From positions 310,001 through 374,000 of IMG/VR virus record IMGVR_UViG_3300027996_002186: a stretch of 64,000 nt of DNA; one strand, written 5' to 3'. How positions within the stretch are numbered: the first letter of the stretch is position 1; each line of letters opens with the position of its first letter. A program made the position numbers and the translations under genes. This document shows positions 8,878 to 19,705 of the stretch, in pieces. The notes under the pieces were generated by a model. The model saw nothing but the letters and a program-made list of their open reading frames with translations, was not told the DNA's origin and made no database searches.

Positions 8878-9399
8878 ATGCCTTCAAAAACAGAAAATTT
8901 TAGTAAATATCCAAACGGTATCTTTATAGAAACTGGTAGTTTCATGGGAGATGGAATACAACAAGCTCTAAACGCTGGTTTTAGTAAAATAATATCAATT
9001 GAGTTATCCGATAAATATTTCGAGATATCAAAAAATAGATTCTCTAATAATCCAAATGTTGAAATTGTAAAGGGTGATTCTTTCAAAGTATTACCCGATG
9101 TGTTAAAAGACATAGATGAGCCAGTTACATTTTGGTTAGATGGACATCATTCTTGTGGAGATACAGCTTTAGGTGACCACTGGGCACCTCTAATGCAAGA
9201 GTTGGATGTTATAAAAGAACACAAAATAAAAACACATACTATCTTAATAGATGATATGAGATGTTGGGAACTTCCAAATCCAGTACACGGTTTTTATAAA
9301 GATGATATTTTCAAAAAATTATCAGAATTAAACCCAGATTACCAATTGACATATGAAGATGGTCTTCAAGAAAATGATATTTTAGTAGCACATCCATGA
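8878..9399 (+). CDS. Class I SAM-dependent methyltransferase-like protein
   Basis: FIETGSFMGDG, SIELS, GDS, FWLDGH, ILIDDMR. Confidence 0.65.
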   Translation: MPSKTENFSKYPNGIFIETGSFMGDGIQQALNAGFSKIISIELSDKYFEISKNRFSNNPNVEIVKGDSFKVLPDVLKDIDEPVTFWLDGHHSCGDTALGDHWAPLMQELDVIKEHKIKTHTILIDDMRCWELPNPVHGFYKDDIFKKLSELNPDYQLTYEDGLQENDILVAHP

Positions 9400-10046
9400 T
9401 ATCAATCCTATTAGCAACATATAACGGTGAGAAATATCTATCTCTATCCATTGAGTCTATTTTAAACCAGACATATCAAGATTTTGAGTTATTAATTGGG
9501 TTTAATGGCACTACTGATGATTCTAAGAGTATACCTGATAAATATAATGATCCTAGAATAAGGGTTTTTGATTATGGTGATGATAAAGGAAAATCTAAAA
9601 CTCTAAATAAACTCTTAAAGGAGGCTAAATATGATTGGATTGCTTTACAAGATGATGATGATTTTTGGATTCACACAAAGTTAGAAAAACAAATAAAATT
9701 AGTTAATGATTATGATGTCATTGGTACTTTCATAAATTATATTAATGAAAATGGTGATATAACTGGTAGACCAATCTTATCAAGCTTCCCAAATGATATA
9801 AAACACATATCATTAGCTGGTATTAACCAAGTAGCCAACACAAGTGCTATTTTTAAGAAATCAGATGCTTTATTGATGAATGGTTGGAAAGATGGACTTG
9901 ATGGTATAGAGGATTATGATTTTTGGTTAAGACTTATGAGAGAGGGTAAAAGTTTTATAAATATACCCGAAGAATTAGTTCATCATAGATTACATTCGAA
10001 TAGTAATTTTAATACAAAAAGACACGATTTAAGAAAAATATTATAA
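9396..10046 (+). CDS. GT2 glycosyltransferase
   Basis: ISILLATYNGEKY, LQDDDD, EDYDFWLR. Confidence 0.9.
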   Translation: MISILLATYNGEKYLSLSIESILNQTYQDFELLIGFNGTTDDSKSIPDKYNDPRIRVFDYGDDKGKSKTLNKLLKEAKYDWIALQDDDDFWIHTKLEKQIKLVNDYDVIGTFINYINENGDITGRPILSSFPNDIKHISLAGINQVANTSAIFKKSDALLMNGWKDGLDGIEDYDFWLRLMREGKSFINIPEELVHHRLHSNSNFNTKRHDLRKIL

Positions 10047-10050
10047 ATAT

Positions 10051-10689
10051 ATGTTAATAAGCTTTAATGAAATAGTAGGTAAATATGGTAAACCCAATGG
10101 TATTATACACCTTGGTGCACACTTAGCAGAAGAGATGGTTGATTATGTTAACCAAGGAATAAAAAATGTTGTATGGGTCGAAGCAAATCCGAGTTTATAT
10201 GAAAATTTAAAAGATATAATAAAAGATACTAACCATATTGCGATATCTGAGTTATTGTCTGATGTTGATGGGGATGTTATGAAGTTCAACATAGCTAAGA
10301 ACCACTACAATGGTAATTACCAATCATCATCGGTATTGGAATTTGGAACACACGCAACTAACCACCCACATATTGTTATGGAGGGTAGTGTTAATCTAAC
10401 ATCTAAAACACTAAACACCATATTTGAAGAAAGGGAATTGGATTATTCAAATTATGATTTTGTGAATTTAGATTTACAAGGATATGAACTTCCTGTTATA
10501 AAGGGATTCGGGGATAATATTTCAAAAATGAAATATATCTATACCGAAGTAAACACCGGGGAGGTTTATATGAATTGTACTAAGTTGAGTGAGTTAGATG
10601 AATACCTTGGTGGTTATGGGTTCAAAAGAGTTGAAATTAAAATGACCGAAGCTGAATGGGGTGATGCTCTGTATATAAAAATAATATAA
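10051..10689 (+). CDS. FkbM-family methyltransferase
   Basis: IHLGAH, VEANP, NLDLQGYEL, YTEVN, WGDALY. Confidence 0.85.
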   Translation: MLISFNEIVGKYGKPNGIIHLGAHLAEEMVDYVNQGIKNVVWVEANPSLYENLKDIIKDTNHIAISELLSDVDGDVMKFNIAKNHYNGNYQSSSVLEFGTHATNHPHIVMEGSVNLTSKTLNTIFEERELDYSNYDFVNLDLQGYELPVIKGFGDNISKMKYIYTEVNTGEVYMNCTKLSELDEYLGGYGFKRVEIKMTEAEWGDALYIKII

Positions 10690-10691
10690 TT

Positions 10692-11204
10692 ATGCCTAGA
10701 ATAGAAAAATTTAAAAACAAAACATCTAATTTTATAGAAACCGGATCTTATTTAGGTGATGGTATTCAATTAGCAATCGATAGTGGATTTGATAATATAT
10801 ATTCAATAGAATTATCAGATGAATATTATAATCATTGCTCTATAAGGTTTAGTGGTAATGATAAAGTAAAATTAATAAAAGGTGATTCTTATTATGAGCT
10901 TGATAATTTAATAAACGAATCAAATGAAATATTTACTTATTGGTTAGATGGGCATTATAGTGGAGGTAATACTGGATTTGGAATTTTGGAATTCCCAATA
11001 ATGAATGAATTGGAATCTATATTGAAAAGGGGAGTTAGTGGGGAAATTATTTATATTGATGATATGAGAATTTTAAGAGATTATTCAGACTCAATTAATG
11101 AGAATAAAATTATTGAGTTAATAAATAAATATAAAATTGACTATATAATTTCATATGAGAAATCAATTCATGATGAAAAAGATATAATAGTAATTGAATA
11201 TTAA
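10692..11204 (+). CDS. Methyltransferase-like protein, paralog of 8878..9399
   Basis: FIETGSYLGDG, SIELS, YWLDGH, YIDDMR. Confidence 0.65.
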   Translation: MPRIEKFKNKTSNFIETGSYLGDGIQLAIDSGFDNIYSIELSDEYYNHCSIRFSGNDKVKLIKGDSYYELDNLINESNEIFTYWLDGHYSGGNTGFGILEFPIMNELESILKRGVSGEIIYIDDMRILRDYSDSINENKIIELINKYKIDYIISYEKSIHDEKDIIVIEY

Positions 11205-11218
11205 AAAAAAATAATTAT

Positions 11219-12070
11219 ATGAATTTTTACTTTGAAGGATATTGGCATCATAAAAATCTTAATGGTTTAAAATTGATGATCAATGAGGGTATGTGTGTTG
11301 ATTTTACTTTTAATTCTAATAAAGAATATGATTGGATAGTTAATCTTAGTGAACTTAAAGTATATGATAATCACAATGGTGGTGTTATATATGGGCCGCA
11401 AATTCTATTTCATGTAATAGACATTAATTCTGTACCAAACTTAGATGGAAGAACATATTGTAATCTTTTATCTAAATGGAATAAAAAATTATGTAATGAT
11501 ATACATAATAGTAAAATAAAATGTCTTGCTCTACCATTCGGGGTGGATGTTAATAGATTTATACCGGGTGAAAAAACAGGCAAACCAGTTATTTATTTCA
11601 AACATGTTGATATCAAAAGACTTAGTGATGTTATAGAACACCTTGGTAACGATTTTATCATTTTTGACTATCAAAAGAAATATCAGGAACAATCATTTAA
11701 TGAAGCTATCTCAAAGGCTCCTTATGCTATTTGGGTAGGTAGGCACGAAAGTCAAGGATTTGCTTTTCAAGAAACATTAAGTTGTAACACACCTATATTT
11801 GTAATTGATATAAAATCTCTACGGGATGAGGTTGTTCCTAATGTTAAGACTGTGTGGGTTGATTATCTACCTGGTCATGATTTATCTGGTACAGCCGCTT
11901 CTTATTTTGATGATACTTGTGGGTTAATATCCTATCCAGAAAATTGGAAAGAAGATTTTAAATCATTTATGGATAATTTAGATAATTACTCTCCGAGAGA
12001 GTTTATAGTAAAAAACTTATCACCAAAAGCATGTTATGACCTTTGGATAAAAACATTATCAAGTCTATGA
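11219..12070 (+). CDS. GT-B fold glycosyltransferase-like protein
   Basis: HESQGFAFQETLSCNTPIFV resembles the EX7E nucleotide-binding motif; sits in the glycan island. Confidence 0.55.
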   Translation: MNFYFEGYWHHKNLNGLKLMINEGMCVDFTFNSNKEYDWIVNLSELKVYDNHNGGVIYGPQILFHVIDINSVPNLDGRTYCNLLSKWNKKLCNDIHNSKIKCLALPFGVDVNRFIPGEKTGKPVIYFKHVDIKRLSDVIEHLGNDFIIFDYQKKYQEQSFNEAISKAPYAIWVGRHESQGFAFQETLSCNTPIFVIDIKSLRDEVVPNVKTVWVDYLPGHDLSGTAASYFDDTCGLISYPENWKEDFKSFMDNLDNYSPREFIVKNLSPKACYDLWIKTLSSL

Positions 12071-12699
12071 ATCTAGTTATAATAACATCTGTTATAAACA
12101 TATCTAAAGATCCATTAGATTATAGTAGGGTGAGATCTGTTTATACACCAGAAGAAAGGTATACACAAGTAATAAAAACAATAGAAAGTATTAATGGTAA
12201 AATAGAAAACTCTGACATTCTATTTTTAGAATCTTCTGAAATTGATATAGAAAAGGAAAATACTATAAAGGATATGGTTGATCATTATGTTAAATTAACA
12301 GATGATAAAATTAAAAAGGTGATAGATGGACAATTCAAAGCGTCTGCTGAATCAACACAAATACTAGAGGGTCTTAAAAGGATTGATATTAATAAATATC
12401 ATAATATTTATAAAATATCTGGTAGATACTCTCTTAATGATAATTTTGATTATATGAAATATGATAATGATCATAACATATTTTTTGAAACATCTGATGG
12501 GTTAAAGATAGCTACTGTTTTTTATAAGATAAATAAAAAATATATTGATACTTTCATAAGCACATTAGAATATTGCTCAAATAGTAAAAATATGTTAGAG
12601 ATGGAATTTAAGAATTCTTTTGTAGATGAGTATAAAAAAATAGAAGTTCTTGGGGTAGAAGGTAATGTTAGTGTCGATGGTAATTATATAAATTGGTAA
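12067..12699 (+). CDS. Hypothetical glycan-island protein (possible GT)
   Basis: Likely start MNLVIITSVIN at 12067; KISGRY motif; operon context. Confidence 0.45.
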   Translation: MNLVIITSVINISKDPLDYSRVRSVYTPEERYTQVIKTIESINGKIENSDILFLESSEIDIEKENTIKDMVDHYVKLTDDKIKKVIDGQFKASAESTQILEGLKRIDINKYHNIYKISGRYSLNDNFDYMKYDNDHNIFFETSDGLKIATVFYKINKKYIDTFISTLEYCSNSKNMLEMEFKNSFVDEYKKIEVLGVEGNVSVDGNYINW

Positions 12700-12700
12700 T

Positions 12701-13372
12701 ATGAATAAAATAGTAATAATAGGTGATAGTCATGCTGATTTATTCAGTGATGATGATATTAGAACCAAAAGAGGAAAGTGGGTAAATAGAGATTACGTTA
12801 ATCTGTTTGATGTTAGGTGGTTAGGACCACTTACATACTGGAGAATTTGTAGGGATAAAGAGGTAGCAATGGATTTTCATAATGGTGTATCATATAACCC
12901 AACTGGTCAAAAATCTGTTTCTACTAAAATAGAAATTGGTAGTGATGTTATGATAGTTTTTGGGGAGATTGATATCAGATGTCATATAAAAAATCATGGA
13001 GGAGATGATTATAAATCATTAATAGATGATATGTCTTCTACAATAAATGGTATAGTTGAATCATATAAGGATTCTTATAATCTACACCTATGTTCTATAA
13101 CACCACCAATGTGTGAAGATAAATGTATATCAACAAATATTAATTTACCATTTGTCGGGGATGATGAATATAGAAGCGAGGTGACACTATACTTCAATTC
13201 AAAATTAAAAGAGATATGTGTAACTAATAATATTGGGTACTTTGACACACATACACAATTTTCAGATGAAAATAACATGATAGACTTTGGTAAATCGGAT
13301 AAAATTGTACATGCCATTAAAACTAAAGAGCTAGAGGATTATATAAAAGAGTACTTTGGTATTAAAAATTAA
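12701..13372 (+). CDS. SGNH/GDSL hydrolase-like protein
   Basis: IIGDSH, FGEIDIRCH, terminal D..H. Confidence 0.6.
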   Translation: MNKIVIIGDSHADLFSDDDIRTKRGKWVNRDYVNLFDVRWLGPLTYWRICRDKEVAMDFHNGVSYNPTGQKSVSTKIEIGSDVMIVFGEIDIRCHIKNHGGDDYKSLIDDMSSTINGIVESYKDSYNLHLCSITPPMCEDKCISTNINLPFVGDDEYRSEVTLYFNSKLKEICVTNNIGYFDTHTQFSDENNMIDFGKSDKIVHAIKTKELEDYIKEYFGIKN

Positions 13373-13379
13373 ATAAGAT

Positions 13380-14330
13380 ATGAAAAATAAAAAAATATTA
13401 ATAATAGGTGGGACCGGAGCACTTGGTAAAACTTTAATAAAAAGGTATCAAGGTATAAATGATATACTTATACTGAGTCGTGATGAACACAAACATGTCT
13501 ATTTAAGTAAAGAAGAATGGGTGAGTGAAGATGTTAAATTTAGAATAGGTGATGTTAAAGATATAGATTCTTTGAGAAATACGATAGAAGACTATAAACC
13601 AGATGTTATTATTAATACAGCTGCTTTAAAGCACGTTCCTATTTGTGAGGCTAACCCATATGAATCAGTTAATGTTAATGTTATAGGACACCAAAATTTA
13701 ATACAAGCTATTAAATGGTCTTCACATACAATAGAAACATTGATATTTGTTAGTACTGATAAAGCTTGTAAACCTATTAATGTTTATGGTATGTGTAAAG
13801 CTATATCAGAGAGGCTTTATATTGAGTATGCAAATCAACAAAGTGATATAAAGGTTTGTTTGGTTAGATATGGTAATGTATTAGAATCTACTGGATCTGT
13901 CATACCATTCTTTAAGAAATTATTAGAAGAGGGTAAGACTAGTCTCCCGATTACTGATATGAGGATGACTAGATTTTTATTAACTCTAGAGAGAGCAACC
14001 GAATTGATTGATTGGGCTTATAACAATGACACACATGGTAAAATTGCCATACCTAAAGTGGAATCATTTTCTATTAAATCAATAGCAAATGCTTTAATTA
14101 AATGGAAAGGTATTGATGGTGAGTTAGATATTGTTGGTATTAGACCAGGTGAAAAGTTACATGAGGAAATGATATCGGACATTGAGTGGATGAGAACAGT
14201 TGATGCTGGTGAAAATTTCTTAATAACTGATAATTTTGTAACAAATGATACCAAATCATATAATTCACTTGATTCATTAATGGATGATGATAAGGTTTAT
14301 GAATTTTTAGAAAATAGTGAGGTAATATAA
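13380..14330 (+). CDS. UDP-GlcNAc 4,6-dehydratase (PseB/FnlA/CapD-like)
   Basis: GGTGALG, AALKHVP, STDKA, RYGNV, MTRF, GIRPGEKLHE. Confidence 0.9.
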   Translation: MKNKKILIIGGTGALGKTLIKRYQGINDILILSRDEHKHVYLSKEEWVSEDVKFRIGDVKDIDSLRNTIEDYKPDVIINTAALKHVPICEANPYESVNVNVIGHQNLIQAIKWSSHTIETLIFVSTDKACKPINVYGMCKAISERLYIEYANQQSDIKVCLVRYGNVLESTGSVIPFFKKLLEEGKTSLPITDMRMTRFLLTLERATELIDWAYNNDTHGKIAIPKVESFSIKSIANALIKWKGIDGELDIVGIRPGEKLHEEMISDIEWMRTVDAGENFLITDNFVTNDTKSYNSLDSLMDDDKVYEFLENSEVI

Positions 14331-14345
14331 AAATAATAAAATTAA

Positions 14346-15590
14346 ATGCAAGTTTATAAAAAAAGAGAATGTTGTGCTAGTTGTACTAGTAAAAATCTAA
14401 GAAACATTTTAGATTTAGGTATTGTTCCGTTAGCTGGTAATTTCCCAAAAAAAGAAGAACTTTCTGAGGTAGAAACCTATCCATTAGCTTTACAATTTTG
14501 TGAAGATTGTAAGTTGGTACAAACGGACTCTGTTATAGATCCAGATGTTTTATTCAGAGATTATAGATATCTATCATCAATTGGCCTAACTGATTATTTT
14601 AAAGGTGTTGCTGTTGAGTTGGATAATAAATATAATTTAAGTGGTAAGGATATTTTAGAATTTGGTTGTAATGATGGGGTTTTACTCAAACCATTGGTAG
14701 AATTAGGGGCTAATGCCATAGGTATAGATCCTTCTATAAATGTATCAAAAATAGCTAGAGATAAAGGATTGAATGTTATTACTGATTATTTTAATATAGA
14801 TAACTTTGGTGGTGATGAGTGGGAAGATAAATTCGATATAATTATATCCAATAATACTTTTGCTCATATTATTGATATAAATAGTGTTGTGAAATCTGTA
14901 AAGCATTGCTTAAAGGATGGTGGTAAATTTATATTCGAAGTTCATTACTTAAAAAGTTTAATAGATGAGTTACAATGGGATAATATCTATCATGAGCATA
15001 TTTATTATTACTCAGTAACATCTCTTAAAAACATGTTAGGTAAATTTGGGTTGTCTATAATAGATGTTGAAAATAGAGATATACATAGTGGATCTATAAG
15101 AGTTACCGCTGAGAAATCTGGGAAAGTATCAGAAAAAGTATCAGAGATAATAGAAAGTGAGAGAGACACAATATGTGATGTAAATTATTTAGATATTTTC
15201 CAAAAATTAGTAAACAAACACATAGAAGATTTTAAGGATGAGATTAAAAAGTCTAAAGATAAAGGTCTTAAAATATGTGGGTATGGTGCCTCTGGTAGAG
15301 CTAATATGTTCTGTAACATAACAAATATTGACGATACTATAATAGATTTTATTGTTGATGAATCACCAGAAAGATGTGGTAGGTATATTGCTAATAAAAA
15401 TATACCTATTGTTGATGTGGAAACATTGAAGAATAGTGAGGTGGATTTATTGATAATATTTGCTTGGAATTATTCTAAAATGATAATGGAGAAGACAAAG
15501 TATAAAAAATATAATTATATGGTAGCTTTTCCAAAAATACAATACATAAACGAGTATGATACTGAGAAGATAAAATTTAAATCAATATAA
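14346..15590 (+). CDS. NDP-hexose C-methyltransferase
   Basis: N-terminal Zn site CxxC..CxxC, EFGCNDG, YHEHIYY, HSGSIR, YGASGR, DESP. Confidence 0.85.
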   Translation: MQVYKKRECCASCTSKNLRNILDLGIVPLAGNFPKKEELSEVETYPLALQFCEDCKLVQTDSVIDPDVLFRDYRYLSSIGLTDYFKGVAVELDNKYNLSGKDILEFGCNDGVLLKPLVELGANAIGIDPSINVSKIARDKGLNVITDYFNIDNFGGDEWEDKFDIIISNNTFAHIIDINSVVKSVKHCLKDGGKFIFEVHYLKSLIDELQWDNIYHEHIYYYSVTSLKNMLGKFGLSIIDVENRDIHSGSIRVTAEKSGKVSEKVSEIIESERDTICDVNYLDIFQKLVNKHIEDFKDEIKKSKDKGLKICGYGASGRANMFCNITNIDDTIIDFIVDESPERCGRYIANKNIPIVDVETLKNSEVDLLIIFAWNYSKMIMEKTKYKKYNYMVAFPKIQYINEYDTEKIKFKSI

Positions 15591-16432
15591 TGGAAGATTT
15601 TGGATTTATAATACCATCATATTGTGAAGATGATATACATCTTACTCAGTTATTGAGATGTCTGAATTCTATACGTAGATTTCACCCAAATAACACAATA
15701 TTAGTAATCGATGATTATTCTAAAGTAAATTTAGATGATAAATTATCATCATTTGATAATATCAAAGTTATAAAATCCTTTGTTAAAGGAGCAGGTGATA
15801 TGGTAACATTTGATGTTTTTAGAAAAACTAAACTATTTAAGAAAGCTGTTATATTCCAAGATAGTATGACTTTGGAATCTGAGTTGGTTAATATAGAAGA
15901 TATAGAAGATATTTCGTATATATGGTACTTCACAAATCATAGATTATATTGGCACATAATACCCGAGCCAAAAAATGAATATAACATAAAGAATAATATA
16001 AATGTACATGATGATGCTGTAATGGATAGCATTAAAAACTTTATAACAAATGAAAATTTTAAAAAATATGCTTTGGATATGTATCCAAAGAAGGATGAGT
16101 GGTCTGGTTGTTTTGGATGTCTTGGTATAATAGATATAGATTTTTTAGAAATATTAAATAACGAAACAGGTATAATAGATTTTCTATCTAATATGGATGA
16201 TAATAGGAAAAGGAGAGTAGCTGAAAGTATATTTGCACTAGCTTGTAAATATGTATTAGGAGATTCTGTTTTCGAAAAAGCTTATGATGGGTTATATTGG
16301 GATGGAAAAAACGAACAAAGAAATAAAAAAATGATGAATTCAAGAGAATTGGGATTTGATTTCAACATGAGATTAGATCAAGTTTGTAAGAATGATTATT
16401 TTTCAAAAATTAGCTTTAATAGAAATTTATAA
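15590..16432 (+). CDS. GT-A-like hypothetical glycosyltransferase
   Basis: FIIPSY, VIDDYS, IFQDSM; island context. Confidence 0.5.
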   Translation: MEDFGFIIPSYCEDDIHLTQLLRCLNSIRRFHPNNTILVIDDYSKVNLDDKLSSFDNIKVIKSFVKGAGDMVTFDVFRKTKLFKKAVIFQDSMTLESELVNIEDIEDISYIWYFTNHRLYWHIIPEPKNEYNIKNNINVHDDAVMDSIKNFITNENFKKYALDMYPKKDEWSGCFGCLGIIDIDFLEILNNETGIIDFLSNMDDNRKRRVAESIFALACKYVLGDSVFEKAYDGLYWDGKNEQRNKKMMNSRELGFDFNMRLDQVCKNDYFSKISFNRNL

Positions 16433-16433
16433 T

Positions 16434-18950
16434 ATGGAGAGAAAATATAGTATAATAGGTCACACTGGTTTTGTTGGTAGTTATCTATCTAATGTGTTAG
16501 ATCCAACATTTAAGTATAATTCCAAAAACATAAAAGATATTATAGTTGATGAACATGATATAATCATATGTTGTGCTCCGAGTGCTACTAAATGGTTAGT
16601 TAATAAAAACCCAGAAGAAGATAAAAATAATATCGATAATATGATTGGTATTATTTCTGAGCTGAGGGGTAAATGTAAGAAATTTATATTAATATCAACA
16701 ATAGATGTTTATGATGATTTGGATGGGTCTGATGAAGATTCTTCTATAAGTGATGATAACCACCATTATGGAACCAATAGACATTATTTCGAAAATAAGT
16801 GTTCTGATATTTTTGGTGATGATTTAAATATAATTAGATTATGTGGTTTATATGGATATGGGTTAAAGAAAAACATAATATTTGATTTCATAAACGACAA
16901 ACTGGAAAGCATAAACATAAATTCTAAATTTCAATGGTATAATATCGAGTATCTAGGAAAGGATATACAATATTCAATTGAACAAAATATTAAAGTTTTG
17001 AACTTATTTTCAGAACCAATTAAAAACACAGAATTATTAGAACTGTTTAGTGAATTTAAGGATACCACTAATATAATTAAGGATAGTGGTGTTGGGGTTA
17101 GTTACGACTGTAAAACAAAATTTTCAAATACTGGATATTGGCTTAATAATGAAACGATACTAAATGATATTAGATCGTATTTAGATAAAATGGTAAATCC
17201 ATCCAAGATAATAGTTAGTAATATATGTTGGTCAGAAGATATTGATTATAAAATATATGATAAATATGGTATAGATTCAATTGAAGTTTCACCTAGTAAA
17301 CATTTTGGTGTTAATTATATCAACGAAGATATTGAATTTTTTGATAAATTTAAAGATGATAATATCTATTCATTTCAATCTATTTTTTTTGGAAAAAACT
17401 TTACCATAATTGATAATTATGACGAAGTATTATCACACTTAAAGAAAATAATAGACATATCCGAATACTTATCTATTAAATCAATTGTATTCGGATCACC
17501 AAAGGTAAGGATTGTAAATAATGAAAATGATTATAATACAATTTTCAAATTCTTCAAGGAAATATCTGAATATTTAAATAATAAGTGTGTTATTCTATGT
17601 CTAGAGCCAAATTCCAAAGGATACGGTTGTAATTTTTTAACCAATACGGACGAAACATCAATATTTATAAAGAAGGTAGATAGTTATAATATAAAAATGG
17701 TAATAGATACCGGTTGTATGCAAATGGAGAATGAGTATATATTATCTTCCATTGAAAAACACAAAGAAATAATAGAACACGTTCATTTTAGTGCTCCTAG
17801 ACTAACTAACCTTTTCGAATATAAGGATATTATCAATTATAAACTTATAATGAAAAAATTAGAAGAAATATCTTATGATAAAAAGATAACCATTGAGATG
17901 TTAAATAAATCAAAATTAGAAATTGATAAAAATCTTTATTTATTGTTTAGTAATATCAATATATTAATTATTGGAGCCGGTTGGTATGGTTGTCATATTT
18001 CTAAAAAATTAATAAAAAGTGGTATAATACCAACAATTGTTGATAAAAAGGGAATATTTAGTGGGTCCTCATCATTGAATCAAAATAGGTTACATTTGGG
18101 CTTTCATTATCCTAGATCTTATAACACTAGGATGTTATGTAGGGACAATTTCGATTCATTTGTTGATGAGTATGGTGAATTTTTAGATGATGTCGATAAC
18201 AATCTTTATTTAATATCAAACAAATCACTATTAGATTTTAAAACATATTTACAAATAATGGAATCATCAGGTTTGAAATTTTCAACAATAGATGTTAATG
18301 ATAATTTAAAGAATATTGAGGGTGGTATACGATGTGATGAAAAATTAATAAAACATGATAGTGTTAAATCATATTTCAAAGAGACATTATCCAGGTATGT
18401 TAGTATTAAAACTATATCTAATCCCAAAGAATTGAAAAATGAATATGATTTAATATTGGATATGACTAATAATAATTATGGGTTGATAAATAATGAAAAG
18501 AAAGTATTCTATGAGAATACTATTTCATTTGTCTATAAAAAAATAAAGGATAGTGATGAAGTAACATCATATACTATAATGGATGGTAAATTTTTAAGCA
18601 TATATCCTTATGATATTAAAAATAATCTATACACATTAACTGATGTTGAATTCACACCATTTATGGTAAGTGATTCCATAGAAGATTTGGATAAGTTTAT
18701 ACCAACTAATGAGTGGTTGGAGAAAACAAAAGCTAATTTTAATAATAAGGTTATAGAGTATCTACCAGATTTTGAAGAAAAATTTAGATATGAATATTTC
18801 TTCATATCTAAAAAAAGTAAGTTTGATTTTGGTTCTGACTCAAGAGAATTGATAAGTGATTCAAATTCAAATATAATTTCATATAGTTGTGGTAAGATAA
18901 CTGGAATTTTTGAATGTGAGAGATATTTAGAAAAAATAAAAATAATATAA
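16434..18950 (+). CDS. Tri-domain fusion: NAD-dependent epimerase + xylose-isomerase-like TIM barrel + FAD-dependent oxidoreductase
   Basis: GHTGFVG Rossmann start (likely start 16434); middle VFGSPK, LEPN, IDTG, HVHFS; C-terminal IIGAGWYG, NQNRLHLGFHYPRS. Confidence 0.7.
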   Translation: MERKYSIIGHTGFVGSYLSNVLDPTFKYNSKNIKDIIVDEHDIIICCAPSATKWLVNKNPEEDKNNIDNMIGIISELRGKCKKFILISTIDVYDDLDGSDEDSSISDDNHHYGTNRHYFENKCSDIFGDDLNIIRLCGLYGYGLKKNIIFDFINDKLESININSKFQWYNIEYLGKDIQYSIEQNIKVLNLFSEPIKNTELLELFSEFKDTTNIIKDSGVGVSYDCKTKFSNTGYWLNNETILNDIRSYLDKMVNPSKIIVSNICWSEDIDYKIYDKYGIDSIEVSPSKHFGVNYINEDIEFFDKFKDDNIYSFQSIFFGKNFTIIDNYDEVLSHLKKIIDISEYLSIKSIVFGSPKVRIVNNENDYNTIFKFFKEISEYLNNKCVILCLEPNSKGYGCNFLTNTDETSIFIKKVDSYNIKMVIDTGCMQMENEYILSSIEKHKEIIEHVHFSAPRLTNLFEYKDIINYKLIMKKLEEISYDKKITIEMLNKSKLEIDKNLYLLFSNINILIIGAGWYGCHISKKLIKSGIIPTIVDKKGIFSGSSSLNQNRLHLGFHYPRSYNTRMLCRDNFDSFVDEYGEFLDDVDNNLYLISNKSLLDFKTYLQIMESSGLKFSTIDVNDNLKNIEGGIRCDEKLIKHDSVKSYFKETLSRYVSIKTISNPKELKNEYDLILDMTNNNYGLINNEKKVFYENTISFVYKKIKDSDEVTSYTIMDGKFLSIYPYDIKNNLYTLTDVEFTPFMVSDSIEDLDKFIPTNEWLEKTKANFNNKVIEYLPDFEEKFRYEYFFISKKSKFDFGSDSRELISDSNSNIISYSCGKITGIFECERYLEKIKII

Positions 18951-19705
18951 TGGAGAAAAGAGAAATATGCTTTGCTACTTTTGCTAGAAATGAAAAAGTT
19001 AGATTACCTATATGGTTAAAACACTATTCTCAATTTTCTAGTAAAGAAGATATATATGTATTTGATCAGAATACTGATGATGGTAGTACTTCTAATATAG
19101 AATGTAATGTTATACCAGAACCAAATGAAAAAGTCTTCGATCATAGTTGGATACAAGATATGATAAATAGAAGACATAAATGGTTGTTAGAAAGGTATAA
19201 AATAGTTGTTTTTATGGAATGTGATGAATTAATAATAACAAAAAACTCTGAAAATTTAAGAGATTATCTAATTAATAAACTTAAAACCCCTAATAAATTA
19301 GCAATTGAGATATTTGATATTGTGCAAAATGAGAAAGAAGGTGAGGTTTTATATGATGATACTATTAAAATTTCAAACCAAAGAAAATATTGGAGACCTT
19401 GGACAGGAGCTCACAAATCAACAATATCATCTATTGAGAAGAATATAAATATAGGATTTCATGGGAAGGATGGGTGTGAAATTGATAATAATTTAGTTTC
19501 TATACACATACAACTATTAAATATAGACTTTTTTAGACAAAAAATAAATGATAGATTGGAAGAGAGTGATAAACATGGTAAAGGTGATGATCATGCTTGT
19601 TGGGACATACACTATAAAAGAGATATGATTGATAATCATATTAATGAAGCATATTCTTTGATGGAAGAAGTGCCGGATTGGTTTAAAAATAACAAATGGA
19701 TATAA
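18950..19705 (+). CDS. GT2-like (Glyco_tranf_2_4-type) protein
   Basis: LPIWLKHY, DQNTDDGST, FMECDE, IGFH. Confidence 0.55.
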   Translation: MEKREICFATFARNEKVRLPIWLKHYSQFSSKEDIYVFDQNTDDGSTSNIECNVIPEPNEKVFDHSWIQDMINRRHKWLLERYKIVVFMECDELIITKNSENLRDYLINKLKTPNKLAIEIFDIVQNEKEGEVLYDDTIKISNQRKYWRPWTGAHKSTISSIEKNINIGFHGKDGCEIDNNLVSIHIQLLNIDFFRQKINDRLEESDKHGKGDDHACWDIHYKRDMIDNHINEAYSLMEEVPDWFKNNKWI

